From Bacillota bacterium (GTDB taxonomy: Bacteria; Bacillota; Clostridia; Lachnospirales; Lachnospiraceae), in contig JAFAGA010000083.1 in assembly GCA_023423045.1 (NCBI GenBank), positions 31,934-95,933 of the forward strand: DNA of 64,000 nucleotides, given 5' to 3'. Of the stretch, positions 10,059 through 18,561 are shown piece after piece. The notes beneath the pieces were generated by a model. It was not told the DNA's origin. It searched no databases and saw only the letters and a program-made list of their open reading frames with translations. Each line of letters starts with the position of its first letter. The stretch's first letter is position 1. The translations under genes were made by a program, and so were the position numbers.

Positions 10059-10781
10059 TTATTCCTTAGGAATGACATGATATTTCATGTTCCTCGCCTT
10101 AAACCAGCAATATCCGTCACCAATATCCTCAACCTTCATGTCACCGTCATCAACAAAATACACGAATCCATCTTCGATTAATACTGTAGCTTCAGACCAG
10201 TACGGATCGTATTCTTCAGTAGCTCGACTTTTTATACTGTATGAAACATCTCCGCTAAGCCAGACTTCTATCGAACAGCCCCATACACTATCAAACGCAA
10301 CAAATACTGATCCATCCTCATTTTGCTTAAATTTATCAATACATGCATCATGGAAATAACCAGAAACACTCATGAGATTATCAACATCAACTTGTGACTT
10401 TATTTCTGGATATTCATTGTAGTGATAATCGACATCGATTTGAATACACTTATTCAAGAGTGCTGCTGGTATCTCATCTTCAATGTAATCCTGACTAACA
10501 TCTGTAAGAAAATCAATTCCGCCATGTCCTTCGCTATCGATAATCCAGTTATCTTGACCGCAGTTAATTATCAATACTGACGGTTCAAGATATTTGCTGT
10601 TTCTATCAAAAATGTACTGTTTTACAAGCTCATTCTTTCCTTCATTCAGCACCAGATAATATTGATTATGAATGCCTTCGAGGTATCTCTGATAATCGTC
10701 TGTAGCAGTAATTACACAGTAATACCCGAAAACAGCCGATATATAATATTTTCCATTGCCTAAGCGAATTATTGCATACAT
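10059..10781 (-). CDS. Hypothetical protein (240 aa, acidic)
   Basis: Long ORF with AAGGAGG upstream. No family recognised. Confidence 0.75.
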   Translation of the reverse strand: MYAIIRLGNGKYYISAVFGYYCVITATDDYQRYLEGIHNQYYLVLNEGKNELVKQYIFDRNSKYLEPSVLIINCGQDNWIIDSEGHGGIDFLTDVSQDYIEDEIPAALLNKCIQIDVDYHYNEYPEIKSQVDVDNLMSVSGYFHDACIDKFKQNEDGSVFVAFDSVWGCSIEVWLSGDVSYSIKSRATEEYDPYWSEATVLIEDGFVYFVDDGDMKVEDIGDGYCWFKARNMKYHVIPKE

Positions 10782-10985
10782 TAAACCTCAACCTCCTTTA
10801 CTCATTTCCTGTCCTTATTTTATTGCCACTTGGCAGAATAAAGCCTGTTTAAAATTACATTCATCAAATTTGTTATGGCATCATTAAAACTATTGTAAAC
10901 TATTTGGTTTCAATTTACAACAGAACCATAATAAACCAAACCCGCAACTCAAGCACTAGAACTGCGGGTAAATTTGCATTGCTAA

Positions 10986-11165
10986 TTATTCGTCAATTTG
11001 TATTTCAATACCTGATTTGAATTCAACAATGATGCAGTCGTCACTGTCAGTACTGACACGGCAGTACGCTGCTACTCTGGTTTTCTGCTTTTTGTCGGTT
11101 ACTTTCTATGTCCCAATGGTTTTCTTTGCTGGAATAACCGTTACGTTACTCGCTAAGGAGATCAT
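10986..11165 (-). pseudogene. Large serine recombinase remnant, collapsed by internal deletion
   Basis: Hand translation MISLASNVTVIPAKKTIGT*KVTDKKQKTRVAAYCRVSTDSD|DCIIVEFKSGIEIQIDE*: an LSR catalytic N-terminus (Y-x-RVST) fused to an LSR C-terminus. Both ends parallel the 15207-16784 protein. Confidence 0.85.
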
Positions 11166-11356
11166 CCCTCCACCTTACTTTCTATCAATCCTTCCGTTCA
11201 AGGGAATAAGCCCATGAACTTCGTTTGTCTTTTGGTGATAAATACAATTATTTATTCTTATGCTTTCGTGCCTATTTTAATTAAAATATATTGTCCTTTC
11301 GTGATTATCATGATATAATGCAGTTATTCCGAGTATTACTATAACCATGAGGAGGT

Positions 11357-12727
11357 ATGAAATTGAGCGCCGAAAAAAATCCCACAGTCTTAAAAAGAAA
11401 AATATATGACGACCTGCTGGCATGGAAGAAACAGAGCGATGGGGCTTGTGCACTAATGATTGACGGTGCGCGTCGCGTTGGTAAGAGCTTTCTCTGCAAG
11501 TTATTTGCTGAAAACGAATATAAGAGCCATATCATTATCGACTTCGGAAATGCACCGAAAGATATCTTGGATTTATTTGAATATGACAGCGCCAACCTCG
11601 ATTTATTCTTCGCCAAGCTGTCGGCTTTCTACTCAACCTCCCTGCACAAAAGAGAATCCGTCATTATATTTGATGAAATACAGCAGTTTCCGCGGGCAAG
11701 GCAGCTTATCAAATATCTTGTCGCAGATCGACGATATGACTACATTGAAACCGGCTCTTTAATACGTTTAAAGAAGAATGTTCAGGATATTATTATCCCC
11801 TCGGAGGAAGAACATATCGAGTTATTTCCTCTTGACTTTGAGGAATTTCTGTGGGCGCTCAACGACCTTGCTACCGTCCCGCTTATCAAGCAATGCTTTG
11901 ATACCAAGACTCCACTTGGTCAGACGCTTCACAGAAAAATTATGAATGACTTCCGGCAGTATATTCTCGTCGGAGGAATGCCGCAGGCGGTACTGGAATA
12001 TGTTCAGACAAAGGATTTTGAATCGGTTGATATTGTCAAGCGGCGGATATTAAAATTATACCGCGACGACGTCTCTAAGTTTGCGGAAGGCTATGAGGAC
12101 AAGGTTTTTGCCGTGTTTGACGGAATACCGGGGCAACTCTCAAAGAAAGAAAAAAAATATCGTCTGTCCTCCATCTCAAAGCAAGCTCGTTTCAGAAGTT
12201 ACGAGGATTCCTTTGTTTGGCTTAATGAAGCAATGATTGTCAATACTTGCTATAACGCAACCGACCCCAATGTCGGTCTGGCTCTAAGTGCGGATCACGC
12301 AACGCAGAAGTGTTATATGGCAGATACAGGACTTCTGATTACTCACGTCTTTATGGATAGCCCTTACACCCAGAACGAGCTTTATAAAGCTATTCTCTTT
12401 GATAAGCTTGGCATTAACGAAGGAATGATTATGGAGAATATTGCGGCACAAATGCTGCGCCGAAATGGTTATAAGCTCTATTTCTATTCCCGTAATGATA
12501 AAGTGAATCGTAAGAACCATATGGAAATCGATTTTCTAATTACGGAAAAAAAGAAAATCACACCCATTGAGGTAAAATCAGGCAACAATACATCGCATTC
12601 TTCTTTGGATAAGTTTAAAAATAAGTTTGCATCCAAGATTGGGAATGCATATATCCTTTACTCCAAGGATGTAATGATGAAAGAAGGGATTGTCTATTTA
12701 CCGATTTATATGACAATGTTTCTCTGA
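11357..12727 (+). CDS. AAA_14 ATPase with DUF4143 and PD-(D/E)xK-like C-terminus
   Basis: GARRVGKS Walker A, IIFDEIQ Walker B, ETGS, GGMP, C-terminal EIDFL...PIEVKSG. Confidence 0.9.
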   Translation: MKLSAEKNPTVLKRKIYDDLLAWKKQSDGACALMIDGARRVGKSFLCKLFAENEYKSHIIIDFGNAPKDILDLFEYDSANLDLFFAKLSAFYSTSLHKRESVIIFDEIQQFPRARQLIKYLVADRRYDYIETGSLIRLKKNVQDIIIPSEEEHIELFPLDFEEFLWALNDLATVPLIKQCFDTKTPLGQTLHRKIMNDFRQYILVGGMPQAVLEYVQTKDFESVDIVKRRILKLYRDDVSKFAEGYEDKVFAVFDGIPGQLSKKEKKYRLSSISKQARFRSYEDSFVWLNEAMIVNTCYNATDPNVGLALSADHATQKCYMADTGLLITHVFMDSPYTQNELYKAILFDKLGINEGMIMENIAAQMLRRNGYKLYFYSRNDKVNRKNHMEIDFLITEKKKITPIEVKSGNNTSHSSLDKFKNKFASKIGNAYILYSKDVMMKEGIVYLPIYMTMFL

Positions 12728-12745
12728 TCCTAAAGCTCTTTTGGT

Positions 12746-12982
12746 TCATTGATCTAAGAATCTCTTTATTATAAGCTTCTCACCATCCGTCCAAAGAGTA
12801 ATAGCCCCCTTCTCATAGGTAGCCATGATCCGGCTTCCCGCCTCCTCAAGCCTCTTTAGCAGCTCCGGATGGGGATGCCCGTACCAATTATTCCTGCCGC
12901 AGGAGATCAGGGAATAATCCGGCATCAGCACTTTTAAAAGCTCCTCCGAGGTGGAGTTTTTGGAACCATGATGGGCAACCTT
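12746..12982 (-). pseudogene. comEC: comEC 3' fragment (KVAHHGS to stop)
   Basis: KVAHHGSKNST...LISCGRNNWYGHPHPELLKRL...KRFLDQ*. The part of ORF 12746..13072 upstream of 12982 is not comEC. Confidence 0.9.
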
Positions 12983-13008
12983 CATTAGGGTTATGAAAAT
13001 GATACAAT
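12981..13008. other. Hybrid serine-integrase attachment site (attR-like); probable left boundary of the prophage
   Basis: Minus strand ATTGTATCATTTTCATAACCCTAATG-AA-GGTTGCCCATCATGG. Lies 2.2 kb from two LSR genes. Confidence 0.8.
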
Positions 13009-13155
13009 TAAACGATGAACACGGTACTCTCTTAACGATGAACACGGACACGGTGCTAACGATATGCACCATGTCCGTATCTGTTTATATATATATATTA
13101 TTATAATAAGTAATTACATGAAAACTAAAGCAAGCACGAGATGTAGACTTATTCT

Positions 13156-13857
13156 TTATTTATAAACCACTTTTCTGACAACACTTGCTATTTTCTCAGT
13201 TAAAATATCTATGTTAAGTCCTAAAGCCGCACTATAATAAATTACTTCCTTTACTTCAAAAAGTTTTTTCACCTCTTCAACTTTCTTATTTAAATTAGCT
13301 AATTGAGCTGTTGTTAATTCACTTGTGCGATTAATTGGTTCAATCTTATCAGCAAAGTTTAATGCAACAATAACTTTTTTTCTTTCATTGAGGTTTTTAA
13401 ACATCTCCTTAAAAAGTACTTGGTCTACAGTATAATCTCTTTGGTCCGCTCTTAATAAATACACAACACAATAAGACTTATCTAACATTCCCTTGTACCA
13501 TTCATAATATTGGGTATCCGCTAACTTCGATTCACCTACACCTGGTAAATCATTAAAAGAAAAATATTGATTATTGTTAAGCTTATATTCAGCAGAAAAC
13601 AATTGTTTAGTACAGGAAGATGTATCAGATGTCTCAAACAAATCTTTTCCAATTATTTTATTTAGTGTCGTAGACTTACCATATCCTGTTTTTCCAATAA
13701 ACATTACTTGGGCATCATAACTTTCAATTCCACTTATATTCCATTTTATATCTTCACTTTCATGTAATCTAGTAGATTTAAGGAAATTAAAAACTGGATA
13801 CATACTACATAATTCATTGATTTCCGAATTGTAATTTATTATAACATTTAAACTCAT
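13156..13857 (-). CDS. TRAFAC GTPase, YfjP/YeeP-like (short, 233 aa)
   Basis: G1 GKTGYGKS, G2 SCT, G3 DLPG, G4 NFAD, plus DKIEP. Start overlaps the upstream stop (ATGA). Confidence 0.85.
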   Translation of the reverse strand: MSLNVIINYNSEINELCSMYPVFNFLKSTRLHESEDIKWNISGIESYDAQVMFIGKTGYGKSTTLNKIIGKDLFETSDTSSCTKQLFSAEYKLNNNQYFSFNDLPGVGESKLADTQYYEWYKGMLDKSYCVVYLLRADQRDYTVDQVLFKEMFKNLNERKKVIVALNFADKIEPINRTSELTTAQLANLNKKVEEVKKLFEVKEVIYYSAALGLNIDILTEKIASVVRKVVYK

Positions 13858-15056
13858 ATTTTAAACTCTGCCTTTAAATTATGAATCATAGCAACATATA
13901 AATCCTTACATTCAATGAACTTGTTATTTTCAATAAATGTTAGGCATGGTTTTAAATATTTTTCAAATAATACTGAATAAATCTCATTCCTATTAGTACT
14001 TGAGTTAATCTTACTTACAATTGTCGGTGCAGTATTATAATATTCTTGAACAAGACTTGGTCCGTCAGGTTGTTTTACAAGCCACTCATCTCTAAAATTT
14101 CTAAATTGAGTAAGTTCATAACAGTCATCTGGCTTATCATAATATTCACAAACCGCTGTTGTTATATAGCAACCACCACCTCCAAGGAAAGGTGGAAGTG
14201 GTAACTTCTCTAAGATTTTTCCACCCCACTCAGCTATTTTTTCAACTACATTTCCAACTGCATCAATTGTATCACATATTGTATCTCCTATAACTTCAAT
14301 AAATGATCTTTTAACATGCTCACCGGCAGCTTCAGAGCGGAATTCATTAGAAACTTCTTTAAAAAACGTTACTTTCTTATCTTTAGGTAATGCATATACA
14401 ATTTCATCTACTAGTTTCGTTAGATTATATTTTTCATTTGCAGAAACAGGAATAATTTTAGACGAGCCTATACCAAAAAACTGCGCTACATCATCAACTT
14501 TTCTATGTATATTTTGAAATTGCTTAGGACCTGGTTCATGCATATCCACATCCCATTCTCTAAAAGGTTCAATTTTATCAACCTGATTTAAGACAAAAAA
14601 GAATGGTTTATCTTGATCAATATGAGGTTTAACTATATTTTTATAAAAATTTTCGTCTGATGAAAAAGCTCTATCATCTGATTTTAAAAGCCAAAGAACT
14701 AAATCTAATTCAGGCAACAATTTTGCATATAACTCTGCATATTCTTCATCTCTTTCACTACTTTCACCTACACCAGGAACATCTATTAGCTTGATACCTT
14801 TTTGACCTTGTCCTAGATTCAACATTACTTCTTTTGTATTTCTGGTACAAGCCTTAACATCACTTATCTCACATATTTCTTTTCCAAATAATGCATTACA
14901 TAAACTAGATTTACCCGCTCCAGTTTTACCAAAAACACCTATTCGCGGCTCATACGATAGAACACCATTTACTCTTTCTGTAATAGCTTTTCTTTGATTT
15001 TCAGATATCTTAACACCATTCTTCTCTAACTCATCAAAAAAATATGTATCATTCAT
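13854..15056 (-). CDS. TRAFAC GTPase, YfjP/YeeP-like, with C-terminal CFI-box-CTERM-like domain
   Basis: G1 GKTGAGKS, G2 ACT, G3 DVPG, G4 NQVD. C-terminus GGGGCYITTAVC...CYELTQFRNFRDEWL...LVQEYYNTAP. Confidence 0.85.
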   Translation of the reverse strand: MNDTYFFDELEKNGVKISENQRKAITERVNGVLSYEPRIGVFGKTGAGKSSLCNALFGKEICEISDVKACTRNTKEVMLNLGQGQKGIKLIDVPGVGESSERDEEYAELYAKLLPELDLVLWLLKSDDRAFSSDENFYKNIVKPHIDQDKPFFFVLNQVDKIEPFREWDVDMHEPGPKQFQNIHRKVDDVAQFFGIGSSKIIPVSANEKYNLTKLVDEIVYALPKDKKVTFFKEVSNEFRSEAAGEHVKRSFIEVIGDTICDTIDAVGNVVEKIAEWGGKILEKLPLPPFLGGGGCYITTAVCEYYDKPDDCYELTQFRNFRDEWLVKQPDGPSLVQEYYNTAPTIVSKINSSTNRNEIYSVLFEKYLKPCLTFIENNKFIECKDLYVAMIHNLKAEFKI

Positions 15057-15206
15057 ATGTAAGCACTCCTTATACTATATTTGCTAACGATAACATTATA
15101 TACCATAATTTTGTGTAAATCAACAAATTATGCTATGTCATCTGAACATTTTCCATATAAAACCGACATGGTTTGCCCAGTCGGTTTTTTCATTATATTT
15201 GTCATT

Positions 15207-16784
15207 CTATGCTTTTATTTCCATTCCATCCTTAAAGGTAATCCGAATGTCTTCCTTATTATTAACTGTGATGTAATCTACAAGGCTACTCCAAAGGTTC
15301 TTGTCAAATTCATCAATCAGCCGCTCCTGTTTCTGTAGTCTTTTAATAAAACTTTTCAAGATTTCAGCTTTGGCTTTATTATTAGCCATCATTTCTGATA
15401 TCTTATCATACTCATCTTTTTTGACATTATATCGTTCAACCAACTCATTGTAACGTTTCTGATAATTCTCCTGATCCTGTGCTGTATGAGCGTTCTCATT
15501 GATGCAATTCTGCACCATTTCCACCAACACCTTAAGTTCCTCTTCCAAAGCACTAAGCTGCCGTTCCAAATTCTCCGTATTGCAAATGGTCTGGCAAACT
15601 AATCTAACATTATCAATAACCTCTTCCTTTTCCGATATCAGTTGGTTGACTGCTGTTATAAAAGCTTCCTTGGCTACTTCTTCAGTTATATGTGGTGTTT
15701 TACACTTCTTCTCATTATTGAATTTATGATTGCAGCGATAGATGACCTTACGATACTTATCATTGGAGTGCCATACCTTAGCACCAAACCAACTACCACA
15801 TTCTCCGCATTTAATTTTTGATGCGAAAAGTCCAACACCGCTATATCTATTCTTCCCATTGGCTCGTTTCATAATCTCTGCCTGCACCAAGTCAAAAGTG
15901 GCTGGATCAATAATTGCTTCGTGATTATTTTCCACATAATACTGAGGTACTTCACCCTCATTTTTTTTCATCTTCTTGCTAAGGAAATCTACAGTGTAGT
16001 ATTTCTGTAAAAGTGCATCACCCTTATATTTCTCATTGGTAAGGATGCTTTCCACAGTTTTTGCATGCCATTTTTTCTGTCCTCCAGGTGTCTCCGCTCC
16101 AATTTCCATTAGCCTGAGGGAAATTTTATAGTAGGACTTTCCTTCAAGGTAACATTTATAAATATATCTTACAGTTTTAGCTTGTTCTTCGTTAATTACA
16201 AATCCGCCATTAGGACCTCTGTCATAACCAAGAAATCTTTTATAGGCTACGCTCGCTTTACCGTCTGCAAATCGTTTTCTTTGCCCCCATGTGGTGTTCT
16301 CAGAAATGCTTCGGCTTTCCTCCTGTGCCAAGGAAGACATGATTGTAATAAGAAGTTCACCTTTTGCATCAAGTGTCCAGATATTTTCCTTCTCGAAAAA
16401 TATCTCTACACCTTTTTCTTTTAATTTTCTCACTGTCGTAAGACTGTCTACCGTATTTCGTGCAAATCGGCTAACCGATTTAGTGATGATAAGGTCAATC
16501 TTTCCTTCCAAAGCATCTTCCACCATCTGTTTAAATCCTTCACGTCGTGCAGTGCTAGTAGCGGAGATACCTTCATCACTATACATCCCGACAAATTTCC
16601 AATCTTCTCGATTTTGAATGTAGCTCGAATAATAATCCATCTGTGCCTCATAACTGGTTTGTTGCTCTTCAAGTTCTGTTGATACTCTGGCATATCCCGC
16701 CACCCTTCTTTTCCTCGCTTTACCAAACGGCTGAGCAGTAACTCTGCTTATGGTAGCCGGAATCGTGGTTACTCTCTTTGCCAT
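15207..16784 (-). CDS. Large serine recombinase (resolvase + recombinase + zinc ribbon + coiled coil)
   Basis: AGYARVST catalytic motif, TKSVSRFARNT, AQEESRSISEN, CGECG zinc ribbon. Confidence 0.95.
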   Translation of the reverse strand: MAKRVTTIPATISRVTAQPFGKARKRRVAGYARVSTELEEQQTSYEAQMDYYSSYIQNREDWKFVGMYSDEGISATSTARREGFKQMVEDALEGKIDLIITKSVSRFARNTVDSLTTVRKLKEKGVEIFFEKENIWTLDAKGELLITIMSSLAQEESRSISENTTWGQRKRFADGKASVAYKRFLGYDRGPNGGFVINEEQAKTVRYIYKCYLEGKSYYKISLRLMEIGAETPGGQKKWHAKTVESILTNEKYKGDALLQKYYTVDFLSKKMKKNEGEVPQYYVENNHEAIIDPATFDLVQAEIMKRANGKNRYSGVGLFASKIKCGECGSWFGAKVWHSNDKYRKVIYRCNHKFNNEKKCKTPHITEEVAKEAFITAVNQLISEKEEVIDNVRLVCQTICNTENLERQLSALEEELKVLVEMVQNCINENAHTAQDQENYQKRYNELVERYNVKKDEYDKISEMMANNKAKAEILKSFIKRLQKQERLIDEFDKNLWSSLVDYITVNNKEDIRITFKDGMEIKA

Positions 16785-18340
16785 TCTTGATTCCTCCCAT
16801 CCTTAAAATTAAATAAGGCTTTGTCATCAAACAGGATGACCTCTTCCACCTCTTGGATGAAGCTAACTTCATAATCTTCTCTATCTTCAAGTAAGGCTGC
16901 TGTAGCCTTTCTTAATTCATCCTCATTTAATGACTTCAAATCACAATAAGCCATTTTATACTTTCTCTGATCGTCACAAGTCCACCTTTTGTAATATTCA
17001 CGAACAGTTGTTTTACTGTGGGCAATCGGATTTCTAATGCAATTAGATCCGCATTTTCCACATTTAATCCTTCCTGTAAAGCATGTTCTTCCCCTCGGCA
17101 TAGAGGAGTAATCCCTTAACCAATTCTTCATCTTTCCGTTCGTAAAGCGGAACTCTATCCTATCATCGAAAACTAAGATCCTATCAATTTCCTTTTGAAA
17201 TCGTTCTTCATCCAGCTCCTTTTCTCCCAATACATGCGCTGAAGCTGTCCGTAGTAAATCCTCATCGACCGGATGTAAATCACAGAATTTAATTCCCTTG
17301 GTTTCACGAGCATTGCATACCCATCTCTTATATGAACCTCTTTCTGTTGTTTTACTGTGAGTTATGTTCCGGCGGCTACATTTGTATCCGCATTTACCAC
17401 ATTGGACCTTGCCAGTAAAGCAAGTAATCTGCTTGTTTTTATTTGATGCTGATTTGCCACGCTCCACGCGTGCTTTCTGCACTTCCTGGAACAACTCTTT
17501 ACTAATAATCGGTTCGTGTGCTTCTTCCACCCGATACTTCGGTAGTTCTCCGTAATTCAGAGTTCTCTTTCGTATTTTAGGTGAGTAGCTTTTCTGCAAC
17601 ACCAGGTTTCCAATGTAAATCTCATTTTGGAGTATGTCTTTGATGGATGCCCTAGTTAATGGGTTTCCATTTATGCCTATTACCCCTTTCTTATTAAGTA
17701 GCTTAGGTAACTGTAGTGTTGAAATGCCTGCAAGATATTGCTCAAAGATAAACCTAACCGCTTGGGCTTCATCTGGAACAATTCGGTACTGACCTCCGTC
17801 CCATTCATAACCAAAGGCTCTGCTCGCTGAATGGGGTTCTCCTCTTTCAAACCCTTTTTTGATGGCCCATTTTATGTTCTCTGACATACTTCTGCTTTCT
17901 TCCTGTGCAAAAGATGCCAGAATGGTCAGCAATAGTTCTCCATCCCCACTCATGGAGCTGATATTTTCTCTTTCGAATCGTACTTCTACTCCAATATCTT
18001 TTAGGTGCCTAACTGTTTCCAATAGGTCAACAGTATTTCTTGCAAATCGGCTTATAGACTTTGTAAGAACAATGTCAATCTTTCCTGCATCGCAGTCTTT
18101 AACAAGACGATTAAAATCGGCACGTTTCTCTGTGCTAGTACCAGTAATTCCTTCATCAGCATAAACACCCACATAGGTCCATTCCGGATTTTTTTGTATT
18201 AAAGTGCTATAGTAACTAATCTGTGCTGAAAGGGAATGTAGAAGCACTTCCGAATCTCTGGATACACGAGCATAAGCTGCGACCCTTTTCTTTAGTTGCA
18301 TCTTCGGTATAGCTACTCCTATTTTGTTGATTTTACGCAT
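16769..18340 (-). CDS. Large serine recombinase with duplicated zinc-ribbon region
   Basis: AAYARVS, TKSISRFARNT, two CFTG(K/R)xxCGKCG...RWxC units. Confidence 0.95.
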   Translation of the reverse strand: MRKINKIGVAIPKMQLKKRVAAYARVSRDSEVLLHSLSAQISYYSTLIQKNPEWTYVGVYADEGITGTSTEKRADFNRLVKDCDAGKIDIVLTKSISRFARNTVDLLETVRHLKDIGVEVRFERENISSMSGDGELLLTILASFAQEESRSMSENIKWAIKKGFERGEPHSASRAFGYEWDGGQYRIVPDEAQAVRFIFEQYLAGISTLQLPKLLNKKGVIGINGNPLTRASIKDILQNEIYIGNLVLQKSYSPKIRKRTLNYGELPKYRVEEAHEPIISKELFQEVQKARVERGKSASNKNKQITCFTGKVQCGKCGYKCSRRNITHSKTTERGSYKRWVCNARETKGIKFCDLHPVDEDLLRTASAHVLGEKELDEERFQKEIDRILVFDDRIEFRFTNGKMKNWLRDYSSMPRGRTCFTGRIKCGKCGSNCIRNPIAHSKTTVREYYKRWTCDDQRKYKMAYCDLKSLNEDELRKATAALLEDREDYEVSFIQEVEEVILFDDKALFNFKDGRNQEWQRE

Positions 18341-18362
18341 AATATCGACTCCTTTCCAACAC

Positions 18363-18394
18363 TATATATCACTCATAAAGCCTACTAATTCAAG
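18363..18394 (-). promoter_or_regulatory. Conserved promoter/operator motif CTTG-N16-GAGTGATATATA (copy 1 of 3)
   Basis: Same motif and spacing at 40719-40750 and 41768-41799, each just upstream of a minus-strand gene. Confidence 0.65.
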
Positions 18395-18561
18395 TGAATA
18401 TCAGAGAATAATGTGCCGAAAATCGGTTGGTATTTCTCAAGCATTATTGTATCAAATTCATGATAGTCCTCTTTGGATATCACGCCTTTTTCTAGTATTA
18501 ACCTAGCAAGACTCATTGTGGCCTGATATAGCTTTTCATTTCTAAATTGGTCTTTACTCAT
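18385..18561 (-). CDS. Small SHOCT-like protein upstream of the LSR pair (possible directionality factor)
   Basis: MSKDQFRNEKLYQATMSLARLILEKGVISKEDYHEFDTIMLEKY. GGAGG RBS; overlaps the upstream stop. Confidence 0.7.
   Translation of the reverse strand: MSKDQFRNEKLYQATMSLARLILEKGVISKEDYHEFDTIMLEKYQPIFGTLFSDIHLN

Noticed and set aside
12983..13072. N-terminal extension of ORF 12746..13072 as a real replacement start for comEC
   Set aside because: It reads through att and hairpin sequence with no clear RBS. Probably a chance open frame, as is the tail of ORF 9105..9647.
13086..13105. (TA)n tract
   Set aside because: Short, intergenic and in AT-rich DNA; no evidence of a phase-variation role.
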